DNA of 64,000 nucleotides. It comes from Fimbriosthenelais zetlandica (lineage: Eukaryota). The stretch spans positions 35,774,001 through 35,838,000 of the forward strand of contig OZ365110.1 of NCBI GenBank assembly GCA_977030845.1, in the 5' to 3' direction. Every line of letters begins with the position of its first letter. Within the stretch, counting starts at the first letter, position 1. A model generated the notes under the pieces. That model had not been told where the DNA came from, ran no database searches, and saw only the letters and a list, made by a program, of their open reading frames with translations. This document shows positions 53,701 to 64,000 of the stretch, piece by piece. The position numbers and the translations under genes were made by a program.

Positions 53701-54499
53701 GGTGCAAATCAGATTTGGGGAGCACCGGTGGTGATGAATCTCTTCGCTCCACAGACTTGATTGATTGATATTGAACTGGCATATATATACTTGCCGAGTT
53801 CATCATTTGAGAAATTGACGAAGAGTAATGGACTACCGTTTATTAATAACATACCCATAAGGAAAGGATACCTCCATGGGAGAATGCATTACCTGAGTAT
53901 AGGGGACTACATTAATACAAATTTAATGTACTGTCACATATATTTTCCATACATGAAATATAGATGGAACATGTTCCCACACCAGTGAGCGACCTAAACG
54001 TTGGCTTCCTCCTTCATTAGTATGTGATAGATCCATTCCCTTTTACAGCAGACGTTATCCGGCCCAGAAGTGTGCAGTTCAATCGATGACAGAAAACTGG
54101 TATGGTTGAGCTTGGGGCTTGAACCTGATTGGTTTTATGCAGGTGGATTGCTACCATTTTCTGAGATTACAGTCTTCCTATCAGACCTTCTCTACACCTC
54201 TGGGTGCTAACTATGCTTCAATAGCATCTCTATCACATACTTCAACCATCCCTGGGGGCTAGCCCGCAGTAAGCAAAGCCTTGTAATAATATTCTCCTCT
54301 CATTTGGTAGCCAATTCAAAGAAGTCACGTTGGTTCGACCAGAATATTGTAGTCATTCTCTTCCGCCAAGGCATTTCTGGCGGGAATAGACATAAATGCC
54401 CAATCAGTATAATCCTGTAACTGCTACTTTACAGTTAGATGGCCGTTATGCTGATCGATTTTGGGCATTTTGCCTTACGTAGGGGTCTATATTGCGAAA

Positions 54500-55800
54500 A
54501 TATTCAAGCAATATTTCCTGATAATGCAGTTCAGCACAAGGTTAAATACATGTAATGTTATGCGTAACCTATTACATGGATAGAAATTAGCAGGGAATAC
54601 CAATACATCAGAGCTTCTGGATCTGGATGTAATTCAATGAATTTCAGTATGAATATAGTGTCGGTTTACTTTGATGTCCTGGCCTTGAACAAGTAATTAA
54701 ATATCTTTAATATTGCTAAATTTTGTAGAAGGGCAAAAGAGTAAAGTTGATAATGTTTAGGAAACATGAGATCTCGGTGATATGAATTGTGAACGGAATA
54801 CTAGCTCATAGCAATACTATCGGCTACAAATCTGCCCATCGAATCTGTCTGGGGGTTAATTATCTGGAACCATTAAATCACACTGCTTAATTCGCTTCCT
54901 CAGCACTCCCCCTTCCCTGAATCCGATTAGAGGGGAAAACAAGATTTACTCGAGGGATACATGGGGTCATGTTTGTCTTATTCTGCATATAAACTACAGT
55001 ATATATTAGGAGGCAATGTCACTATAGCAATCAGCATATAGCAATCCATATTTACAAGCCATCGAAATGCATAGATCTTCTGGTACCAATTTACCAGGGA
55101 GTCTAATTGCCGTGAACATGTTTTAGATTTAGGCTGATTTAGCAGGGAGCAGCCTCAGCGAATTCCTTGTTTATAACCCGGAGTAATTGCCCTAGTTCGG
55201 TTTTTAATGGGAAGTGGGATTAGAAAAAGAGAAACATCAAAACGTCTGCTTCGGCTTCCATGTAGGTCTATTCAATTCGAGTCATCTGTTACTGTTGTAA
55301 ATATCAGAGTATATAGATATTGTTAAATTATATAGTTAAAAGGAACCATAACTCATAACCAGGACAATAGTATAATATATATTCTCCCTGCAGTTATGGA
55401 TTTAATAGTTTATGACAAATTTCCCCGAGAATTGAATCCCTGATGATTCACCTCTCCCTTACTCCAACTGTAATGAGATAAAACTGACTGACATTGAGTC
55501 AGAAAGAAAGAGACTGGAGAGATGTGATGACAAAACATTGATAAATTATTCTCAGGGGTCCATTGCCATGGTAACGGTGTGCAGCCACAAAATAGTAGTT
55601 TTTTCCAGGCCGTGCTTGATACTTTGTGTTGCGTGTCAAATGATCGACAGTGAGCTAGTAGCAGTTGTGTATGTTTACAGAGGCAAACGTTGAGACCAGA
55701 TAAAGAAGGCCAGTCTATCAATAATGGAATCCTACAGATTATGACGAACCGATTGATTTGACTTATTGGAAACTGGACTCTGATAGCAGGCACTGAACCT
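54500..55800 (-). mobile_element. Decayed CR1/L2-like LINE RT remnant
   Basis: CRSFDTQHKV...WKKLLFCG...WQW (SKAFD.V.H..LL.KL..YG...W), GESSGIQFSG (GVPQGS.LG), LQNLAILKIF. Confidence 0.5.
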
Positions 55801-56949
55801 GTAATCTAATGTTACATTAAAGATCGATGCCCAATATTTTAACCAGAAATCTTATCAATAATTCTTGCATTGGACAGGCTACATTTTCAGCCCTTCATCA
55901 AGAAGGAGATGCCAAATAGTTGTGACATGCAAGGCAGAGAAGTGAGCATCCCTCTGGTTATTCATGACTTCAAATTAGTCCATTTATCCTACGGTTTGAC
56001 ATGGAAAATGGGTTATTCTTGTGGTGCTGATGAATGGGTTGGGCTCTTCTCAATCTCCCTTCCAGATGCCTTCGCCAAGGTTACTCAGTAATCTTACATC
56101 ACAGCTGATATCATGATTACCTCTCATTGGATATCCCAATCCCCACTCACTCAGCATAGAAGGTCACGGTGTTAAAACACCTTCCAATCACCATCTTCCA
56201 TCTGGTATCTCCCATTTATGAAAATAGTGATAGATTGAGCAGAGAATGGGGTGCAAGATGAAAATTAATGACGCAAAAGGGAAGGATGTCTCTCCCGGAG
56301 GCAGTATTGTACTTCACACTCTTCACTGAGGATCAGTTTCATGTTGCAAGGCTATTCTTTTTGCATTTTTTATTTAACCATCCACACGAAAGAGGCAGTG
56401 ACAGTTTTCTTTAACCCAAGATGGGTCATCCAGTTTAGAGGCTTCTAAAGCAGATAAGCTTCTTCTCGCCAACTGGAGTCATGACAACCCCAGTGGTCTG
56501 GATGCTTCACGTTGGCATCGGCGCCTGATGACAATGAGACGTTCCACTCGTGCCGTCCCACTAGAGCCTTTGACAGGCTTAAGCCTGGACCTGCTGATGG
56601 ATGGGCCAAGGCCTACTCCCAGGCCTCTTGCCCAAATCTTCCCAATGCAGCTGGCTCAACTGTTGCTAAGGGTTGACCAGGGTCAGTGGTGACGAGGCAA
56701 CACTGTCTCGGACCCAGCCCTCATGCAGATCCAGAGATAGAAGCTGCATAAGAAGACAGCATCTAAAGCTAGAAGGACAAATATCCACCTCCAGGCAAAA
56801 AGATCTAGAGATCAGGAGGACCATGAAGGAAGAATCTTACTCTGACCTGCGCATGCCAGCAATGGTGCCCCCCCCCCTGCGCAGCGACATCGGGGGGAGA
56901 AAATCTTCCATACATTCGATTGACAGATAAATGAAACAATTGTTGGCCT

Positions 56950-58450
56950 CCAACAGATTCAGATAGAGATCTTTCCCTGAGCTGGAGGTATTTCTCAAGC
57001 ATTTATCTTCTTCGTAGTACAACATACAATATTAGATTCATTATACAGTCTACAACTAAAGTCCTCTTTTTCTTTAGCTTCCTTAGCTTGTTTGTAAAGG
57101 ATATTGACATGTAAGGAGGTAATTGTAGTCTTTCGCAAAGCTGTGTTGAAATATATCTGATGATAAATCCTGTAGATATGGAATGTATTTTTATAAAAGC
57201 CTTGCATTCGGGAAACAATGCACAGTTACTTCATCAAAGCCTATTCTTATAACAAATTATGTTATTGTTGACCCGAGGAAGTTAAATACATTTTCATAGA
57301 GGCAATCAATCAAATTGTTTTAATGAGAAGCAATAGAAGAATGAATCGACATCTGAGTTCATTCTCACGTCGATTTCAATACACTCAGACACTCAAAGCT
57401 TTCAGTTGTTTCAGAATTTTCAGAAGACTTCACAAACAGTGGAGTCCAAGTTATTTAAATTGACCTTTGAAAAAATGTTTACTGCAGAATTTTTTCATCT
57501 GACCTGCTAATATCTGTTTATGTTAGGGATATTTCATGGAACATTAGATAATGTACCATGACATCATGCCATCTTCTATGATTTATTAAAAAAAATTGCC
57601 TTTTCATCTCTGTGGGCAATTCATCATTTACAGTACAGTTCACATGGTCACAAGACACTGTTGGTTGGAATGACGTGATGTAAAATCAGACTTGGATTAT
57701 TAACACTACATTTGTAGCTATACCGTGGCAATTTCCTGGTCTTGAGGGGAATATATTATGTATATGGTCCTCCTCGAGTAGTGGTTCAACCCAAGTCATT
57801 GCACCAGGGATAATCAATTATAAGACCCCGCATACCTTGCCAAGCTATAGAATTGAGAAGCTGTAAGCCGGAGGGACTACTATTTTACAACCCTGGCACA
57901 TGAATCCAGTTTTATAGGCTATTATATCATATTGGAATGGCCTTTGTATCTTTAGCATATATCCTTGCAACATCCTCACCTAAAAGGCCTGACAAACAGA
58001 AAAGGTTGTAGCTGAGGAGTAAAAGTAGTTAGCTTTTGTGGTCCGGGAGTAATTGTTTTATTAGGAGTGGCAGAAAAAGGAAAGTGTTATGGACGTGGAA
58101 GGGTGTGAGGGCCGCAAAAGGCACAGGCAATACCATTACAAAGGGCCGTGTAGTGAGAGGAGAATGAATGGGAACATGGTTCATGCAGCACACCTAATGG
58201 GTCCATTGCATGCTCACGCCCTCCAAGCAGTGGCCACACTTGAATAGCAGAAACTGTTGATACTCTGTAATAGAAGGGATATGTATTGATCTGAAACAAT
58301 GCTTTTAGTTCAAAGCAAGCATCTTTACAGCAGTAGAAATCGTGCTGGTAAAGGAGTGGAAGGCGTGGAATTCTAGCGTAAAAAAGAACAGACAAAGGAC
58401 AGCGATTCTGATTAATATCCGTGTGAGGTGTTAACTATCACAAGACTGTT
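56950..58450 (-). mobile_element. Decayed Gypsy pol remnant
   Basis: KALFQIN...HAMDPLGVLHEPCSH (KGY.QI....MPFGL.NAP..F) in ORF 58087-58395, followed by weaker RT-thumb and integrase-like segments. Confidence 0.4.
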
Positions 58451-59004
58451 TTCATGCCACATACAGCAAGAACATGTCGGCTGGAGACAGACAAAAAGGT
58501 CTTGTTCATGTGAAAATTTAATTAATGATAATCAATATTTTTTCACAAGCATGGGTAACGCAGCTCAAGAAAAGCTATATTGAATGATAAGTGATGCTAT
58601 ATTTACACATAAAATGACGTATATAGCATATTATAATGTAGATGCTGGAATGTGGGTCGTGGCTTATCTAAGGTGTTTAGATTTAAAATCTGAGAATGGG
58701 ATGGATATATGAATATCATAGTATGTATCTCCCATGATCTCAGGTTCCTTAGGGTACCATCATGGGCTGATTGAAACATATGTGTTCATGCCAGGAGATT
58801 ACACTATAAATAATCCCCTTATATTGGAGCATCCATATTAAATGTTATGGTTCTCATGACCTATCTAGGTAAAGAAATACGGGGAGGGCGGGTGGAGAAA
58901 ATTGAAAAAAGAAATAATAAAAAAACTCAAAAAAAGGCAGGCATGATGCGATGGGGGTCAACATACTTTGATTTTCTTAAGAGTCCATGAAGGTGACTGG
59001 CATC

Positions 59005-59580
59005 TGTAATCCCTGCCCCTCCATCCTGTGTGGGGAGACATGGAGAACACGGGTATGGAACTTTGAAAGAATTGTAAGTCATGATTATCAAGTGGATATC
59101 TCTAACGAGCCAGTATTCTAATAAAGTACCCCCTAAGGATCATTGCCTCGTGATTCTTGCAGTAATCCTTGCAAGTGGTGTTTGTCTACAACACCATCAA
59201 CCCAGAAAAAGATATGTTGCAAGAATTGGAGGCAAAAGTCAGCGATTGAGATCTGCCTCGACAGGATGTGGACCTCCTACTGTAGTCCATGGTGGCAGGC
59301 AGATGTATTCCCTGCCCTCTCTCCTGTGGGGAACATTGGAGGATATGGGTATGAAAATTTGCAAGAATTGCAAGTCGCGAATATCTAGTGTATATACTAA
59401 TGAGCTGGTATAGTAATGTAGCTCCCACCAGGGATCATTGCCCTGTGATTCTTGCAGTGAATTTTGAAAGAGGTGCATGTCGACAGTACCATCAACCGCA
59501 AGTGTATTAATTGCTAGCAGAAACTGATATGTTGCGAAATTTGGAAGGCAATCAAGATCTTCATCGACAGAATGTGGAGG
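59005..59580. repeat. Diverged tandem duplication, ~296-bp unit x2
   Basis: tggagaacacgggtatggaactttgaaagaattgtaagtc (59041) vs tggaggatatgggtatgaaaatttgcaagaattgcaagtc (59337). ggatcattgcc..gtgattcttgcagt, accatcaacc, gatatgttgc and tcgacag.atgtgga all occur in both units. Confidence 0.82.
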
Positions 59581-60149
59581 AGAAGGCGGGCCCCGAGAAA
59601 CACAACATTTATATACTGCTCCCCTGAAACCTGTACACTATAATTACCCAAGGAAATGAGTTCCAATGAGAGTCCATACATGTAGATCTAGTCTAGCCTC
59701 CTCTCCTGAATAACATTTTACTTTCGGCATGATCAAAGCTTTGCTTTTCTCTTCAACAAGCTAAAATTGGTCCCATACCTGTCTATATCACCAGCAATTT
59801 CCTCTTTCATGATAATTTATTTCATTCAAAGCCTTCCAAATATCTATAGCATTAAATATCATTATATCACAATAAGTAATACACGTGTTTGGTTTCTTCA
59901 TTCCAGCGAAATTATCAACCAATTGGCAGACCGAAACCTGTGAACAAATCACAGGCAATGAGGATTTATTCGTTCCATAATTTATGTAGGTATTCGCCAG
60001 GCACACGTTCTGAGCACTGAATGAGCTGAGAAGAAAGAATAGTGGTCCTTGGAGATGGAGGAGGGCTATTTAGTTAGTGATCCACCAGAGGGTTGCCTCT
60101 TCAATAAGGCGCTAACATAGGTATATGAACCAGGCCCCTGAGAGGTGAC

Positions 60150-60700
60150 ACCACACGTTGTTTGGTAGCTGGCTTCTGGTCAGTAAGTCTAGGGACCAGC
60201 CTCTCTGGTGGACAAGTGGATATTAGCATTACCCTCACATGGCTATTCTATGGGGGATTCAAGGCCTCCTCCTGCGTCTCCAGAAGGACATGGACCCTGG
60301 AGGAATTGGCAGACCAGAGGACAAAGGCGGCATGATGAAGCCATGGAAACCATGGAACCTAACATGTCACGCATGTCTCTTCTCCTTGCCTGGTTTCAAG
60401 GGCTTGTATAAGAAGAAAATCGTTCTATAATTATCAGGCATTGCTAGGTCTATGGACTAATATAGCACGCGTTTCTTCTGAAATGCGCCCCAAGTCGGTT
60501 GTAATTTGTCAACCAACACATGCGGCCAAACTGAGGGCACAGGACCAAAGATGGCAAGACTGTTATCACCACAGCAGCCTCCTACATTTTAATATTATGT
60601 TATCTTGTATTCCAAGCTCGAGGGTAAATAAGGCACGCACGGAAATTTATTGTCTTAGTATCGATTTATAATTAATGGGTTAATTAAAAACGACCAGGAC
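60150..60700 (+). mobile_element. DIRS RT N-terminal fragment, plus strand
   Basis: DKWILALPSHGYSMGDSRPP (D.W.L....GY...F..PP), PGFKGLYKKK (GF.S.LF.VPKK), QDCYHH (KDAY.H). Confidence 0.45.
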
Positions 60701-61278
60701 ATTAAACGTGTGCTATACAGATAAGAGTAAGATTGATGTTTTATATCGGTAAAACTATCGGGCTAAAAATAAGGTTCAGAGAGGATAAACTACTAGAAGC
60801 CCTTTAAGCTTCTTGGTCATTTGACATCTATTTATATTGATGTGCGGGGGTGGAAATGACCGTGGAGATCCAATAGCCATTTCAGCATTAGTACTATAGG
60901 GAAAGGTAGGCTATTTTATTTAGTCAGGAAGACAAACAAATGTCAGAAATTCAGTTTCAGAGCATATGGTTCTAATAATAAAGTGAAGGGGGGGGGGAAA
61001 GTACAAATTTCCTAGAAAATCAATTTGTATTGGAGTCATTGTGTATCCTACTCATGTGTTAGTACTTTCAGCTAGGATTCGGTATGGATTACCGATTTAA
61101 ATCGGCTTTCAATATATGTGCGGTTGACGCAATCTGCCACAACTATTTCTTTTCAGATTTTTCAATCTAATGCCGAAACGTAAACAAATACAACGGAACA
61201 TGAGCTTCAAATCTTCATAAAGTAAGAATTTCCTTATTTAAAGTTCTATATATATAATAATCCAAATATTCAACTTAC

Positions 61279-62427
61279 CTGAAATAACATTGATGTCTGA
61301 GACATTATCTGGTGAGAGGTCTACATTCTTTGCATCCTTCATGAACTCTTCTTTCAGTTGTGCTTTGCGTTTTGCCGACCCACAGAGTCGATAGATACCC
61401 ACATGGTCAAGTCCGCGTCTCTCTACTTCCTCTATGCATCTTCTAACTATAGTTGGCACACCGCTCTTGTCTCGTTTAATCACTGTTTCCAGATCAACAC
61501 CAAACATAGCATTCTTTCTCATAGATGGAGTCCGTTGCAATGAAATCGCAGGCTCTTTATAATTGAATTCTAAGTAGAGAACACCTTTTGGTTCTAGTTT
61601 GAGAGCAGTCTTTTGAGTGTTGCCATATTGTAGGAAGGATTGTAGCGTTATTGTACCACTGAAACACAACCGGTGGCGTGTATTGGGATCCCAGCTGTAC
61701 ACAAGGAATGAAAGTTCCCGGGCACTCTCAAAGTCTACGTCAAACTCTTCATCCCAGTCAAAATTGATGGCCCCAGTTCGGATCATTGTTCTTGCTTTGT
61801 TAACAGAATCTACTTCGATCACACAGTAGAGATCTCGCAGCATTGTGCGTGAGGATTTTAGCCCGTGGCCACAGTATATATGAATATTTAATAAACCGTC
61901 CACCCCTTTATCAGCGGAAGGCGATTTACGCAGGTCTGTTTCCGGTTTGTAAGAACGGAACTCCTCTATTTTAATTTGAAGCGGCTTCCGGGCAAGTTGC
62001 AAGTCCCGAATGCGAGAGGATGGTGGCCCCATACCTTTGCCCTCAGCATCAATGCCCTGTCGTGATTTAGAGTTGGTCATAGTATTAGTGTTTAGGGATG
62101 ACAATGAGGTATATGAATTGCTGTTTTTCTGTCCATGGACACCGGGGTGCATTAAAGTGGCATACTGGGGTTCTAAAGCTGCTAAACCAGTGGAATCCTC
62201 CAGCTGGTAGGTACGATAGTCCAGTAGTGAGTCAGCACTCAGTTTACGGGTCACCCTTGGTCTTCTACCTTGGCGCTGTACTGGAGGTGCTTGTATTTGA
62301 CCTTGTGCCTGACCTTGGTGGGCCTGGTGGGCCAGCCAGGTCCAGTATTCCTCTGTAGTGAACGTCTCCGGTCCCAGGGGCTGCACAAACTGTGATGGAT
62401 GGCGAACTGGAGCAGTGATATATCCAC
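61279..62427 (-). CDS. syd-1: SYD-1/RhoGAP100F/SYDE-family RhoGAP, large internal exon (low-complexity linker, C2 domain, start of RhoGAP domain)
   Basis: Lies in the 398-aa ORF 61238-62434. C2-like GLLNIHIYCGHGL...RDLYCVIEVDSVNKART...FDWDEEF...YSWDP, then RhoGAP start FGVDLETVI...VPTIVRRCIEEVERRGLDHVGIYRLCGS. Acceptor ttttttgacag|GT at 62428/62427, donor TCAG|gtaagt at 61279/61278. Phase 1 at both ends. Confidence 0.93.
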
Positions 62428-62479
62428 CTGTCAAAAAATAAAAAACACCATATAGTACTCCGTCTCAGGATTCAATAAT

Positions 62480-62900
62480 GTATTGCTGGTAAGAACTGTG
62501 GTTTTAAAAGCATGCAGCTCAAGACAGTTTTCTAGCCGTATGAGATCCATTCTTATGGGCCCTGAATGTCTAAGTAAACAATCGCCATTGTATTGCCAAC
62601 ATCATTTCATATGCATTCCTCCCAAAGTATTTAATCAATCAAAGGAATCTAATGAGAGACGACAGACACTTTCTCGCTGGAAGGATAGGAAGAAGATGGA
62701 TTGTCAGTGAGGGAAATTCCTACATAACATAGCCAGCCAAGGTTCCAGTGAATTAATTATCGATGAGGACCATCCTCAGATAGTTAATAGACCCTTTAGA
62801 CGGTTGGAAATGTGTTGCTGTGCTGAGATCCCCCTTTTCAATCATACCGATGGCAGGAAATGACCCGAATTCCAGATAGAAGGAAAGGAAGCACTGGCCC
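62480..62900 (-). mobile_element. Decayed CR1-like LINE RT remnant
   Basis: IEKGDLSTATHFQP (KKG.....NYRP) and DVGNTMAIVYLDIQG (D.G..VD..YLD..KA). Confidence 0.45.
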
Positions 62901-64000
62901 TGTTCTGATTGTAATGTATGAGGCCTCGTTCATATTATTCACGGTTGCAAGGTGCACCAATCGAAAACTACACCACAACTTCTACTCGTTAGGGGGAGGG
63001 GTTCTTGTGCTGGAATGTCAGCATACTTGGCTTGCCATCTATCTGGCGATAATTGGGCTATTCTACAATGTACCGCCGCCAGCTGCTTCATTATCTGAAC
63101 CTACATGGACAAGGGCCTCCCCAGGATTGCATCTCTAGCCACAAATTCCAATCATCTGCCATCGTTGGCTGCAGGAGCGCTTCAAGTGTCAAAATTCAGA
63201 CCTCTATTGGGTGGTGGAATTCACCAGACACTAGGCATATGAGAAGTTATGGCGAGGAAAATAACGAGGGCAGGAGGAAAATATTTCAAACCAGATACCA
63301 GAAGGCCTCGGCTCAAAAAGATGTTTCTATAGATTATGACCAAGTGCCTGGATTGAGGTAAAGTAATCCATTGCCCGTTATCGGGTGGGTGAAAGATGGC
63401 TTGTTGATGTTTTGTCAATTAGTGGCATTAATGGGATCTGTTGCGGACAGTGTGATAAGGGCTTGCTGGCTTTGTGAGGTCTAGTGAGAACGCAGCTTTC
63501 CATCGTATCAGGCTTAATTCTTTAGAAATTCACCACCTTTTGTTTCTCCTTGATGAAGTAGTTTGCCTTTCACAGCCACTGTTTCACCACATTGCTGTAC
63601 TCGCTACATAAAAGTACGGAGCTGCTCAGATGTGCCTTCATACCAGCTCGCTGGCCAGTATTGTATTCTATATGGGGTCAGGCAGAAAGCTGTAATATCT
63701 GCATTATATCTCCTGGCTGTGAGCTCATTCGTTCATATTCCCTAATCATCAATTAAGCATCTGTGATGTCTAAAGAGCGTCTTAGTGTATAAGCGTCATT
63801 TTAGCCTATAGGATCAAAAGAGTGAAAGGGAGGATTAAGGATGGCAGAATGGGGCTGTTGCTAGGACAATACTGGACATTAGACAATGACTATAAAGTTG
63901 ATCGCCCATTGGTAGTCCTTGCATAGGGGTAAGAATCCTTAGCTGTTATGTTTCTTATTAATTCAGGTAGGCCTACCTACTAGCTATAATGGTATACACT

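Noticed and set aside
56673-56930. Plus-strand ORF with a coiled-coil-like KDLEIRR segment as gag
   Set aside because: No zinc knuckle or other diagnostic motif.
1-64000. The many 60-170 aa ORFs in the supplied track as independent genes
   Set aside because: They lack coherent domains or splice support. Most are chance ORFs, antisense shadows of exons, or fragments of decayed TEs.
62430-64000. Upstream (PDZ/N-terminal) exons of the RhoGAP gene
   Set aside because: No recognisable exon here. The region contains LINE-like remnants, so the 5' part of the gene probably lies beyond the window.

Overview
This is eukaryotic (metazoan, AT-rich) genomic DNA, not prokaryotic. The only clear host gene is the 3' half of a minus-strand SYD-1/RhoGAP100F/SYDE-type C2-RhoGAP gene. 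Three well-supported coding exons (62427-61279, 35392-35232, 11543-11333) join in frame through canonical GT-AG sites. They are followed by two, possibly three, candidate phase-1 terminal exons (10660, 8344, 3946). The two large introns (about 25.9 and 23.7 kb) are largely decayed transposons. By manual translation across stops and frameshifts I see about ten DIRS/Ngaro tyrosine-recombinase retroelement remnants, three Gypsy remnants, several LINE remnants, MITEs, a tRNA-derived SINE head and tandem repeats. Most recognisable retroelement remnants lie on the minus strand, the same strand as the host gene. TE calls come from degenerate motifs read by eye and their boundaries are approximate (a few hundred bp). 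I found no intact novel protein-coding system. The best leads are the co-oriented DIRS pile-up and the alternative C-terminal exons. An invertebrate deuterostome or similar marine invertebrate source is only a guess.
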